From positions 134,682 through 198,681 of the forward strand of contig JARIGK010000001.1 of the NCBI GenBank assembly GCA_029288895.1: a DNA stretch of 64,000 nucleotides, given 5' to 3'. This document shows, piece by piece, positions 42,855 through 51,737 of this stretch; the first letter of the stretch is position 1; the number at the start of each line of letters is the position of its first letter. The notes beneath the pieces are model-generated. The model did not search any database, was not told the origin of the DNA, and saw nothing but the letters and a program-made list of their open reading frames with translations. The position numbers were made by a program, and so were the translations under genes. This DNA comes from Candidatus Adlerbacteria bacterium. Lineage in GTDB: Bacteria; Patescibacteriota; Minisyncoccia; Phycocordibacterales; SBAW01.

Positions 42855-43127
42855 TTAGGTGCGCCGGATAGGCTTGATGGTCACCCCCAAGCTTTGCAGG
42901 TGCTCAACCACACCTGCATCCTTGAGGATGCGGGCGTATGCGCCAGTGATGAAGTTGATCTTCGGCTGGTGTTGGACAAGGCCACCTTTCTCCTGCAGGA
43001 CTTCGTCCAGCTCCTCGGCAAGCTTTGTAGCTGTAGCCGCCAGCTGGATCAGCTCAGTGCGCATTCCCTCCGCTTTGCCGCGGATCGAGCGTTGCATCGG
43101 ATTAGTACCGTCGTTTCGACCGTTCAC
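42855..43127 (-). CDS. Hypothetical protein
   Basis: TAAGGAG SD, TTGACA-17-TACAAT promoter at 43160-43188. Confidence 0.65.
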   Translation of the reverse strand: MNGRNDGTNPMQRSIRGKAEGMRTELIQLAATATKLAEELDEVLQEKGGLVQHQPKINFITGAYARILKDAGVVEHLQSLGVTIKPIRRT

Positions 43128-43190
43128 GTAAGGTATCTCCTTAATGTTCTTACCTATATATTGTAACCTAATATAAAATATTTGTCAAAT

Positions 43191-43230
43191 TTGCCCACCT
43201 TAGTGGACGACTTTAGAACCATTGATTGGG
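43191..43230 (+). repeat. Degenerate att junction scar J0
   Basis: TTG CCC ACC TTA GTG GAC GAC TTT AGA ACC, in register with J1/J2; marks start of AT-richer DNA. Confidence 0.45.
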
Positions 43231-43277
43231 TGAGAGAGTACCCTGCGCCTGCATTCACGCTGCGACAGGTGCAGGAG

Positions 43278-45023
43278 TTACTGAGGTAGTGTCTCCGTTG
43301 TATCGACGCTTTCTACTACAGCTGGAATTGGTTCAGGCAATTGGACACCATGCATCTTAACGCGTCGCGCATTCAATCGATTTTCTTGGCCAATTTGTAC
43401 TAAAGCTTTTGCAGCTCTCTCAGCAATGGTTTCCGTGTCATCTGCAGTCCTGTTGTTCAGACCACGAGCAGCACGAACAATGCGATGCATTCTATCGCCC
43501 TTTTCAGCCTTAAATATTCTGTAAAAATCTTCGACACTGAGCTTGCTTATTAATTCAGTATCTTCTGGATTCCAGCCATGTTTAATAATCATATCTTCTA
43601 ACACGTCAGCTGGGTTGCGGTCATCAACAAATCTGCTACGCGCTGCATCGAATGCCTGCGCAAGTTCCTCATCTCTTTCTCCATCGTCAAATAGACTTTG
43701 ACGTCCATCGAACAAATCTTTCTCGTCCCTGCGTTCTGTAACGTATTTGGTTATAAGCTCCGTTGCTTCCGTGTTTCTTCCAAACTCTTTGAGCAGCTTA
43801 ACTGTTGAGTTTAGATTGGAAGGGTGAAGGACTCCAATATTTTCCATCGACGCACTAAAAATTTTGTCCATCACTTCTTTTTCGTTATCGTCAAAAGAGC
43901 CGTGGTATGCAGTCCAAGCATCGTGTATATCCTGCTCTTGTTGGGCTTTGTTGGCCACCTTACTTTGCTTCTCAGCTGCCTTTAGGAGAGCTTCTTCATC
44001 AAAGATTCCACTCTGCACGGTCTTATGGATAGCCAAGTCAAAGTCATCAGCACTAAAAAATTTATACTTTGCCATCAACTCAGACCACTTCCTGTCCGTG
44101 TCTGGAATTTGGTTATTATTTCGCAACATACCATGCAGGCGCCCCATATCTGTTAAGAACTCGAATGGCGGCGGTTCGCCGTCCTTCTGATATTTTTCCC
44201 AACCGAATAGCGTTGCCGAGTGAAAGGCTTGGTAGAAAAGCTCTGAATAATCAGTTTGTAATATCCCTTCGAGTCGCGCGCAAATTCTCTCTATCTTTTT
44301 GAGTACTCTGATGTTGGTGATACCAAGAGTGACGCAAAAATCATGCAGCAGTTTTTTGTTACCCGTTGCATCTGCGTCAGGGAAAGCAATGTCCGCTGCT
44401 TCTTGAGGAGTCGGATCAAATTGCAGATGGGTATCAACGACCTTTTCAAGTTGTTTATGGAAAACTTCCTTTTGTCCATCCGCAATTTCTTCTTCGTTGA
44501 GCAAGAGAACAACTTTACACTTGCGTTGTTCTTTTAGCATGGATATAAGTCCGAATACTTCTATGACGTCCAATCCGTTCCCAGCTCTTTCAAGGTCGTC
44601 TATGCATATGATTTGTTCGCCCACAGAGTGAAAGAGAAGTTTTTCAGCTAGTGCAGTTCCGATGTAACTTTGGACTACGGGATTCTGACCCGCCTGCGTT
44701 AACAGCCACCGCACGGAAGAGCCGAGCGTGTCTCGTAAATTTTTCGGCTCCAAAGCTCCTAGTGTCCACTCCTCTCCGATTTTTTCAACGGGTTTTGTAG
44801 CTTCATAGATTGCGTAGCGCAAGTCGTCAATTTTCTTTACTCCAAATAACGATACATATGCGTAGCGCGTTAACTTAATCTTCCCAGCATCTTTTGCTTC
44901 TTTAAGAAAATAGTTCCAACCGTATGTTTTGCCAACGCCCCATTTGCCGCTAATACAAAGCACTTCAGGGTCGGCTCTTTCCAAAAAACGAGTTATTTCT
45001 GCTTTTACAAGTCGTATAGACAC
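43278..45023 (-). CDS. KAP-family P-loop NTPase
   Basis: Walker A GKWGVGKT, YVSLFG, Walker B ICIDDLER, EKVVD, NIR. Confidence 0.85.
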   Translation of the reverse strand: MSIRLVKAEITRFLERADPEVLCISGKWGVGKTYGWNYFLKEAKDAGKIKLTRYAYVSLFGVKKIDDLRYAIYEATKPVEKIGEEWTLGALEPKNLRDTLGSSVRWLLTQAGQNPVVQSYIGTALAEKLLFHSVGEQIICIDDLERAGNGLDVIEVFGLISMLKEQRKCKVVLLLNEEEIADGQKEVFHKQLEKVVDTHLQFDPTPQEAADIAFPDADATGNKKLLHDFCVTLGITNIRVLKKIERICARLEGILQTDYSELFYQAFHSATLFGWEKYQKDGEPPPFEFLTDMGRLHGMLRNNNQIPDTDRKWSELMAKYKFFSADDFDLAIHKTVQSGIFDEEALLKAAEKQSKVANKAQQEQDIHDAWTAYHGSFDDNEKEVMDKIFSASMENIGVLHPSNLNSTVKLLKEFGRNTEATELITKYVTERRDEKDLFDGRQSLFDDGERDEELAQAFDAARSRFVDDRNPADVLEDMIIKHGWNPEDTELISKLSVEDFYRIFKAEKGDRMHRIVRAARGLNNRTADDTETIAERAAKALVQIGQENRLNARRVKMHGVQLPEPIPAVVESVDTTETLPQ

Positions 45024-45064
45024 GCCCCTATTGTAGCGATAAAAGCTCATGTGAAAAGAGCTCA

Positions 45065-45330
45065 AATGAGAAGAGTTCTTCAGAACAGCGCCGAGTGCTT
45101 CTGCAACACCTGTTCTTGAATCTCACATTGAAGGACAAACAGACGACCTACACGCTGAAAAGCCCATCGAGATACTTTCGATGAGGGTTCAAGAGAAGCT
45201 CGACGCCCAGAAAAACTTCGAACTCCAAAAAACGCCTAAAAGTAAGGCTCGTCTAGAATCTGTTTCGAAAATCGACCCTTTGCTCCGCGCGATAGAGGAT
45301 GTTCGAACCTGTATTGCGGTAACTATCTGA
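45065..45330 (+). pseudogene. C-terminal remnant of a large serine recombinase
   Basis: EQRRVLLQHLFLNLTLKDK..(frameshift)..FEL..LLRAIEDVRT aligns by eye with EIKREILGALGSNLLLKDRK..FEP..LLR of 52534-53352. Confidence 0.7.
45280..45310 (+). repeat. att junction J1
   Basis: TTGCTCCGCG identical to 53311-53320, followed by GATAGAGGATGTTCGAAC shared with J2. Confidence 0.75.
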
Positions 45331-45371
45331 CTCAAGTAAAGTGGCAGACGGCAGTTTTGAAGGAGACGACA

Positions 45372-45659
45372 ATGACCGTGTGGTTCCCGCGTTACTGGTG
45401 TATGGGGTGCGGAGCACGCTTCGTGTTGGAAGCCGATGCTCTTGAGACCAACCTGACTCCTGAAATCATCCTCTCAGCAATGAGTGCAGGGGAGGGTCCT
45501 TTCAAGCAGCTCAGGACGCATCATGACTGCGGCTTGCATAAAGCGCAAGAAGCAGGGAAGGCGTTGGGAGCTGGTGGGCCCGGGCTCTACTCTTCCAACT
45601 TCGAGCCTTATTGGGGCGAAGCGAAGTTCTGCGGTATGAAGAAGAAAGTTCCAACCTGA
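45372..45659 (+). CDS. Small hypothetical Zn-binding protein
   Basis: AAGGAG SD; CMGC...HHDC; terminator 45685-45720. Confidence 0.65.
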   Translation: MTVWFPRYWCMGCGARFVLEADALETNLTPEIILSAMSAGEGPFKQLRTHHDCGLHKAQEAGKALGAGGPGLYSSNFEPYWGEAKFCGMKKKVPT

Positions 45660-45790
45660 TGACATCCTGCGTTACGAATTTTAGAGGCCGCTATCCGCAA
45701 GGAGCGGCCTTTTCTTTTTTGTCTAATTATAAAAGTTTTGATGTCCAATTGGGGTATCTAAAATACCCTTGCAAAATAATCTCCAAAAAA

Positions 45791-45832
45791 TGGCTCCGCC
45801 TGATAGAGGACGTTCGAACGTGTTTAAGGTAA
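45791..45832 (+). repeat. att junction J2 (left end of youngest element)
   Basis: TGGCTCCGC is the antisense of tRNA 3' end GCGGAG-CCA, followed by GATAGAGGACGTTCGAAC. Confidence 0.75.
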
Positions 45833-45850
45833 AAACCTCCACTTTATGTT

Positions 45851-46645
45851 TCAGACATTTTTTGATAGATAATCTTTCATGACTGCTTTAGCGGCAAAGT
45901 CAAAAGCCGAAGCTGTTATAGGAAGCTTTGCGGCTGCTTTCGCAATATTTTTCCAATCCTCAGGCAGTTCTCCATTCCCAAGTTCTTCTTGGTAAGCAAG
46001 TAGCTGAACGACAAAATCATAATGGCCAGTACTCAAGGTCATGGCAAGCATTAATGCTTTGTGAATTTCTAGCTTCGGACCATAATTGAAATGATATTTA
46101 TTTCCTTTACCGCGGTATCCGTAAAGCTGTGAACCAAATGCGCTTGCGTGAGAACTTTTGCTCAATATTCTAAATGCCTTTTTGGCAGGTTTTCCTCCGT
46201 GAGCAACAATATCTCTTTCAATCGTTCCCTCACTGAAAGCATCCTTAAAAGCTGGATTTTTCTGATAATCATCCTCTGTTTCTTTGAGAAACAAATCACG
46301 AAGTTCTGGATGTGAAAAAAGATATATCAGCATTGATAAATCACTCATTATGCTTCTTACGATCACAAACGCATCTCCGTACAACCCTCTTTCCATAAGT
46401 ATCCTTATCGTTTCAAGATGTTGAATAGACCTGTTCACCAACATAAGTTGGATCGTTTTGAATTTCGCTTCTTCGGTGCCCGGAGTCTCTTTTACTTCAT
46501 TAATCAGTAATGCGACTGCATCTTTCAGAACCCCTAGACCTTCCCAATAAATGGGATAAAGCAGACTGAGAGTCATTTTTGTGCTCTCTTTAATTTCTAG
46601 TTCCAGCGTTTCAAAGTCTCGTCTTCCTTCCACTGGTTTAGACAT
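45851..46645 (-). CDS. Hypothetical protein (DUF5677/HEPN-like)
   Basis: Helical; VRSIMSD and RILSKSSH (R-X6-H) motifs. Confidence 0.6.
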   Translation of the reverse strand: MSKPVEGRRDFETLELEIKESTKMTLSLLYPIYWEGLGVLKDAVALLINEVKETPGTEEAKFKTIQLMLVNRSIQHLETIRILMERGLYGDAFVIVRSIMSDLSMLIYLFSHPELRDLFLKETEDDYQKNPAFKDAFSEGTIERDIVAHGGKPAKKAFRILSKSSHASAFGSQLYGYRGKGNKYHFNYGPKLEIHKALMLAMTLSTGHYDFVVQLLAYQEELGNGELPEDWKNIAKAAAKLPITASAFDFAAKAVMKDYLSKNV

Positions 46646-46677
46646 ATTTATGTAGATCCTAGCATGTTTAAGAGCGA

Positions 46678-47982
46678 TTATTTAACCTCACCAAGCATCG
46701 GTATTCCTATGCGTTGACGTCTATTTTCACCTTTGAATAGTTTAGATGTGCGACCTGGGGCATCGCCTCGTTCGTTTGTGTGAGCGCCCCGCTTCATGGC
46801 TTTCATAGTGGAACCTAGGTAGACAGTGTGTTTGCCGAACTTACTGTCCATTGCATCAACTGCCGCATAGACGGGCTTCCATTTAATAATCTCAGATACT
46901 GCCCCAAATAAGTCCATCTGTATTTCTTTATTGTGCTCAAGCCCCATCAATACAACGCCAGTAGCACGGTAGGGTGTGCGAGGGCGATACACCTTATCAA
47001 ACGACTCACGCACAAGGCGAATAAACTCGTTAGGTAATGATTGAGGAGTGGCAAGTGTTAATTCAAGTCCTGAATAGCGAAACTCTTGAGTCTTAAGAAA
47101 GAAGAATATCTTCTTAGGCGCAAGCTCATACCGACGCGCCTTGATACAGGCATTTTCAATATTCTTTGAGAGTTGGGAGAACACGAACTCTTTGTCAGCA
47201 GATGCAGGAGTAAATGTTTTGGTTTTACTTATGCTCTGGTAGTCGTGCTTTTCCTCAGTTGTGAGGGGGTACACAAACTCTCCACGTAGCTCGTGCCATA
47301 TCTCGCGATACGGTTTGCTCATGTTCGCGTCTATCCACTCAACGGGCTTTTGAGCGTATTGGAGAGATGTCTGAATGCCGTGTTGTTTCAAGAAAGCAGA
47401 TGTCTGTGGGCCAATGCCCCAGATTTTATCTATCGGGAGTTTGCTTAAGTACGTCTCTACTCTGTTTGCAGGGATAATAGTCAGCCCCGATGGTTTCTTC
47501 CACTTGGAACCTACCTTTGCAAGCACCTTATTTGGTGCGAGGCCGATAGAAAAGGTCATTCCAAGTTCTGTGTCCAAGTCGTGCTTTATGGCCTCTGCTA
47601 TGGCCTCATATGACATCCTGAGAGACCTGCGCATGCCTGTTAAATCAGCAAAGCATTCATCAATACTGTATTCCTCAACAGCCTCTGTATATCGCCTCAC
47701 AATGGCGTACATACGCTTAGAGAAGAGACTGTAGGTCTCGTAGTCAGAAGGGAGAATGATGACCTCGGGGCATATCTTTTTAATCTCTCGCAGAGACATG
47801 CCACGCTTCACGCCCATAGCCTTCAGCTCGTAGCTCATGGAAGATGCGATGCCGCGTTCTTTGCCAGTAACCACAGGTTTGCCTTTAAGTGCTGGGTTTA
47901 CGGCGGCTTCGCATGACGCAAAGAACGAGTCCCCATCAATATGTATTATTGCGCGGGGGAATGAGCGGATAGAGAGCGGCAT
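46678..47982 (-). CDS. Y-family DNA polymerase (DinB/UmuC)
   Basis: HIDGDSFFASCE, SYE, YSIDECF, IWGIG, clamp-binding QMDLF. Confidence 0.94.
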   Translation of the reverse strand: MPLSIRSFPRAIIHIDGDSFFASCEAAVNPALKGKPVVTGKERGIASSMSYELKAMGVKRGMSLREIKKICPEVIILPSDYETYSLFSKRMYAIVRRYTEAVEEYSIDECFADLTGMRRSLRMSYEAIAEAIKHDLDTELGMTFSIGLAPNKVLAKVGSKWKKPSGLTIIPANRVETYLSKLPIDKIWGIGPQTSAFLKQHGIQTSLQYAQKPVEWIDANMSKPYREIWHELRGEFVYPLTTEEKHDYQSISKTKTFTPASADKEFVFSQLSKNIENACIKARRYELAPKKIFFFLKTQEFRYSGLELTLATPQSLPNEFIRLVRESFDKVYRPRTPYRATGVVLMGLEHNKEIQMDLFGAVSEIIKWKPVYAAVDAMDSKFGKHTVYLGSTMKAMKRGAHTNERGDAPGRTSKLFKGENRRQRIGIPMLGEVK

Positions 47983-47983
47983 A

Positions 47984-48544
47984 TCAGTATTTACGGATTA
48001 CAGCTTGTACAACAGCTTCTATTGTGAGTTCGTTCTCAGGATAAATATCTTTGAATTTTTTATTTGCCGCTTGGAGAAATACTTTGTTTCCTTCCTTGCG
48101 GTAGTACTTCATAGTGTACTCGCCGTCTACTTGGGCAATGACAATCTGCCCTGGCTTTGGGGTTTTACCACGTTCAACCAGCACCATATCTCCCTCCATA
48201 ATTCCTGCATCAATCATTGAGTCACCTTTAACTTTGAGCATAAAAGTTGCCTCTTTATTTTTTATCAAGTATTCATCCAAGCTCATCGTGTCCACCAACT
48301 CTTCTTCAGCAGGGGAAGGGAAGCCTGCTTCTACTGTGCCAAGAAGAGAGACAGTATTTAGAAGATCGCGAGGGATGAGTTTACCTTTCTTGTCTTTGCT
48401 AACAACTCCAGAATCTATGAGTTTTTGAACTGCATATTGGGTTGCGCCCTTGCTTTTATATCCAAGCAGCAGAGACAACTCGCTGTATGAGGGCATACGA
48501 CGATGTTTTTTGTAGAAGGAAAAGAGTTTGCTTTGAGGCGTCAT
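47984..48544 (-). CDS. lexA: LexA-type repressor with UmuD-like AGFPSPA cleavage region
   Basis: N-terminal wHTH (PSYSEL), EAGFPSPA, GDSM Ser, TMK Lys. Confidence 0.88.
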   Translation of the reverse strand: MTPQSKLFSFYKKHRRMPSYSELSLLLGYKSKGATQYAVQKLIDSGVVSKDKKGKLIPRDLLNTVSLLGTVEAGFPSPAEEELVDTMSLDEYLIKNKEATFMLKVKGDSMIDAGIMEGDMVLVERGKTPKPGQIVIAQVDGEYTMKYYRKEGNKVFLQAANKKFKDIYPENELTIEAVVQAVIRKY

Positions 48545-48550
48545 CCCCTC

Positions 48551-48580
48551 AGTATATTAGTACGTTCGTACTAGTGTCAA
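48551..48580 (-). promoter_or_regulatory. lexA promoter with palindromic operator
   Basis: TTGACA-18 nt-TATACT; spacer holds TAGTACG-tt-CGTACTA (48558-48573). Confidence 0.8.
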
Positions 48581-48601
48581 ACTCAGCTTATCTTAGCGTT
48601 T

Positions 48602-49606
48602 TTACCAGAACTTGAGCCAATTAAAGATGCTTTGCCATATAGGTCTTTTTGGAAATCCAGGTATTGTCGTTGTGGTAGAATTTTTAACCGCCGACACTGC
48701 TGAGGTACTGACAGAGCTAGATGCAGATTTCTTTATGGAACCAGCTGAAAAATCTTTTAATTGTGAAGGCGCTTTAATCGTTGGCGGCGGTGTTGAGACG
48801 GGTAAAGTCACTGATTGGGAACCTTCCTCGACACAGGTCGTTTGATCTGCGTTGAGTTCGTACCCTTCAGCGCAACTACATAGATTCTGGCCCGCAACAA
48901 TCCCATGCGGACCTAGCTTTTGATTACAAAGTTCGATGGGGTCTGGGCCGGAAGGAACACAGGATGTCTTGCTGGAGTCCATCTTATAACCCTGATCGCA
49001 GTAGCAGCCAGCCCCTGTATTGGTGGAATTTGGTGGACATGAGGATGTGGGCACAGGTTGTGTGACAGCTTTTATCTGCGAGGAATATTGTTTATAAAAA
49101 TTTGCTTGTTGTTGGAGAAATTCCGTATCTCCTAAGGCATAGCATTCTGTGTACGCTTGGTTAGAAGCAACTCTGTAGTTGCCAAGGGCGATTTGCATAA
49201 TACTTGAAAGCTTTAAAGCATCAATTGCTTTTTGACGGTCGCAAAAAGATTGAGTATCTCCTTGGCAGGGAACGTAATAAGAAGCAATAACCGCATCTGC
49301 TGCATCTCGAGCTTTATTTGCCAAGCTATCGAGATTATATTTTGCATTTATAGATTGAAATTCGCTGGCAGTGCAAAGATGCAGCGAGTCGGTACATTCG
49401 TTGGTACTCCAATACGAAACAGTGCTATCAGCCCAGCCATCATTACAAATTACGCTTCCATCCCAATCTGATCCCGCCCTACAATTCACTCCGCCGTGGT
49501 AAGAGCAGGCTCCAGAAGTTGCGAAGGTATGATTTGAAAAACTTAAAAAAAAGAGTGCCAGAAATAGTCCCGTAAAGACTGCTTTTCTCATTCTGCAATA
49601 GTGCAT
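48602..49606 (-). CDS. Secreted Cys-rich protein with EGF-like repeats
   Basis: Signal peptide, SGACSYHGGV, CYCDQGY..C, CSCAEGY..C, S/T linker, amphipathic C-terminus. Confidence 0.75.
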   Translation of the reverse strand: MHYCRMRKAVFTGLFLALFFLSFSNHTFATSGACSYHGGVNCRAGSDWDGSVICNDGWADSTVSYWSTNECTDSLHLCTASEFQSINAKYNLDSLANKARDAADAVIASYYVPCQGDTQSFCDRQKAIDALKLSSIMQIALGNYRVASNQAYTECYALGDTEFLQQQANFYKQYSSQIKAVTQPVPTSSCPPNSTNTGAGCYCDQGYKMDSSKTSCVPSGPDPIELCNQKLGPHGIVAGQNLCSCAEGYELNADQTTCVEEGSQSVTLPVSTPPPTIKAPSQLKDFSAGSIKKSASSSVSTSAVSAVKNSTTTTIPGFPKRPIWQSIFNWLKFW

Positions 49607-49680
49607 GTTCTCTTCACAAAAGTACAGGGACTCAAGTGAATACTCGAAATCATCCTTTTATTGGGCTATATTAACGACAA

Positions 49681-50592
49681 ATGAGTATGAGATGGCCTAA
49701 AAAAAGGAGGACGGCATATTCTGTAACATCTCAGGCAAAAAATCATTTCTTTTCTTATATAGACAGCCTTAAGGTGAGAACTTTGATCGATGAGTTAAGA
49801 AGGGAGTTTGGCATTCCAAAAAATGGGTTCAGACATAGACCCAAAAAAGAAAATTCAGAAAGAAGGCCTTATTATCCCGATGAATACTGCATATATGTCT
49901 CTCCCTCGGGAGTTCTTTCGCCAGAACAAAGAAGGCTTTATAAGTTGATGAATGAAAAAGAAAAGGTGCTGGAAAAAGCCCTTGATAAATTAATGGAGAA
50001 ATTTGAGATTTGGCCCCATGATTTCTGGAGGAACGTTTTCTCTATCTATTTATTTCATGGTGAAGTTCCTGAAAAGTACTTCAAATACAGTTATACAAAA
50101 GAATTTTCGCCTGGTGGATTAATTCCGGACATTTGTTATGTCTATCCTCTTAACGATAGATTGCTCATAGAACTGAGAGATTGGGAGAAGCTAGGCGAAG
50201 ACGATGAAGTCAAAGTTTGGTACTTCGACGCCTTAAAAGAAGTTGCTCACAAATACCCTGTAGGGATTTTATTGTCACCATACATATCACTGACTCAGCT
50301 AAAAGCCTACATTTCTAAACAGTGGCCGGTAATTGAACGACAGCTAGATAATGCGTATATGCAGAAAGCATATGCAGACAATGAGGTCTTACAAAATTGG
50401 TCATTAGGTCGCACAAAACCGCGTGTTCTTCGGGAAAGAGATTCTTTCATAATGAAGTTACATCTCGAAGGTAAAGATCGAAAAACTATACTAGCAAGGG
50501 TGGTGAAGCGCTACGGAAAAAGAAATATGGATGCAAATTATATAAGCACAATTATTGCTCGAGAAAAGAAACACAACAGCGACCGTTCATAG
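49681..50592 (+). CDS. Hypothetical protein, possible C-terminal HTH
   Basis: 303-aa ORF in the element. Confidence 0.7.
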   Translation: MSMRWPKKRRTAYSVTSQAKNHFFSYIDSLKVRTLIDELRREFGIPKNGFRHRPKKENSERRPYYPDEYCIYVSPSGVLSPEQRRLYKLMNEKEKVLEKALDKLMEKFEIWPHDFWRNVFSIYLFHGEVPEKYFKYSYTKEFSPGGLIPDICYVYPLNDRLLIELRDWEKLGEDDEVKVWYFDALKEVAHKYPVGILLSPYISLTQLKAYISKQWPVIERQLDNAYMQKAYADNEVLQNWSLGRTKPRVLRERDSFIMKLHLEGKDRKTILARVVKRYGKRNMDANYISTIIAREKKHNSDRS

Positions 50593-50637
50593 TTATTGTT
50601 GTCGCCATAGAGGGTTCGCTGGGAATATAGTTTTCCC

Positions 50638-50898
50638 ATGCTGAATGAAAATGACCTGTTCGAAACCAGCGATCTGCCACTCGTAGCAGCTCTCCTTTCG
50701 CATGGGGCAAAGATTGAGTTTCTGGAGCGAAATGGTGGCCCACGGGTCAGCTTCTATTTCCGCCGAGAACGGGCTCTAGATAAGCTCGTAGAGGCCTTTT
50801 GGGCGCACTCACTTACAGTTGAGCCACTCCAGTATTTTAATGCCTTGAAAGAAGCGAAAACGCGCCTTTATGGTGTGCCTATAATCTATGGAAATTAG
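50638..50898 (+). CDS. DUF5659-like protein
   Basis: ETSDL.L.AAL...RV.F.F...FW...L.VEP..YF..LK..K.RLY. Confidence 0.7.
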   Translation: MLNENDLFETSDLPLVAALLSHGAKIEFLERNGGPRVSFYFRRERALDKLVEAFWAHSLTVEPLQYFNALKEAKTRLYGVPIIYGN

Positions 50899-51022
50899 CC
50901 TGGAAAAACTAGAGGAATTTATAGCTCTATATCGCCAGGAATATGGATTGGATCTAACTCCGGCTGAAGCTCTGGAGCAGGCAATTCCTTTAATTTTACT
51001 CGTGCAAATTGTTAAGAATTGA
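50888..51022 (+). CDS. 44-aa hypothetical protein; not in ORF track
   Basis: MEISLEKLEEFIALYRQEYGLDLTPAEALEQA..., overlaps the previous gene. Confidence 0.6.
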   Translation: MEISLEKLEEFIALYRQEYGLDLTPAEALEQAIPLILLVQIVKN

Positions 51023-51039
51023 TAAGTTCCGAATGAAAA

Positions 51040-51522
51040 ATGAATATGGAACCGATTAAAAACTTTGTACCTTTCCCTCGTCGAATCTTAAGCGACGTTC
51101 TTAATGGACGCATGAGTGGTCCAGAGTTTTTTGTATATGCGTGGATACGTGGCAAGGGCAATCCTTATGCAGTTTCCCAAGTATCAATCCCGGAAATTAG
51201 GGCTGCCTACCCTGGCACAGTCAGCGACAATCATATCTATAAACTCATTCGCTCCTTACGAAAGAAGAAGTACCTTTACTACCCGGACCGTGCTGGACGT
51301 AGAGGTTCGTTCGAGGTGCATATGGGCGAATGGACACTACCTGACGGGAGTTTTAAGACTCTGGAAAGATTCTTTGTGCAGCAAACAGTCAGAACTTCAC
51401 AACCGGCGTCACCTCCAGTTCGCCCAGAGGTTAGGGATGAAAACAAAGACGTTAATCAGGGGTTCGAAATGATGAAAAAACATATGGCAGAACGTTTTAA
51501 ACTACCTCCTTCGAATGAATGA
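51040..51522 (+). CDS. wHTH replication-initiator-like protein, probably C-terminally truncated
   Basis: F..FPR, EFFVY, wHTH-like LRKKKYL; same frame continues past stops as IRAY*NENKKKKNISLS. Confidence 0.5.
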   Translation: MNMEPIKNFVPFPRRILSDVLNGRMSGPEFFVYAWIRGKGNPYAVSQVSIPEIRAAYPGTVSDNHIYKLIRSLRKKKYLYYPDRAGRRGSFEVHMGEWTLPDGSFKTLERFFVQQTVRTSQPASPPVRPEVRDENKDVNQGFEMMKKHMAERFKLPPSNE

Positions 51523-51737
51523 ATCAGAGCTTACTAGAATGAGAATAAGAAAAAGAAAAATATATCTTTGTCGAACTTATTCGCCTCTTTTTGGCTTTGA
51601 TTCTTTGATTAAATATCAAAATAATCAAAATTTATTCCGCCATGGAATTATCGGACATTATGGGAGGCTTTTTGACACTATAAAAAGGGATTTTTGGGAG
51701 CAGTACGCGCGTAGAAGCGAGAGATATACTTAACGTT

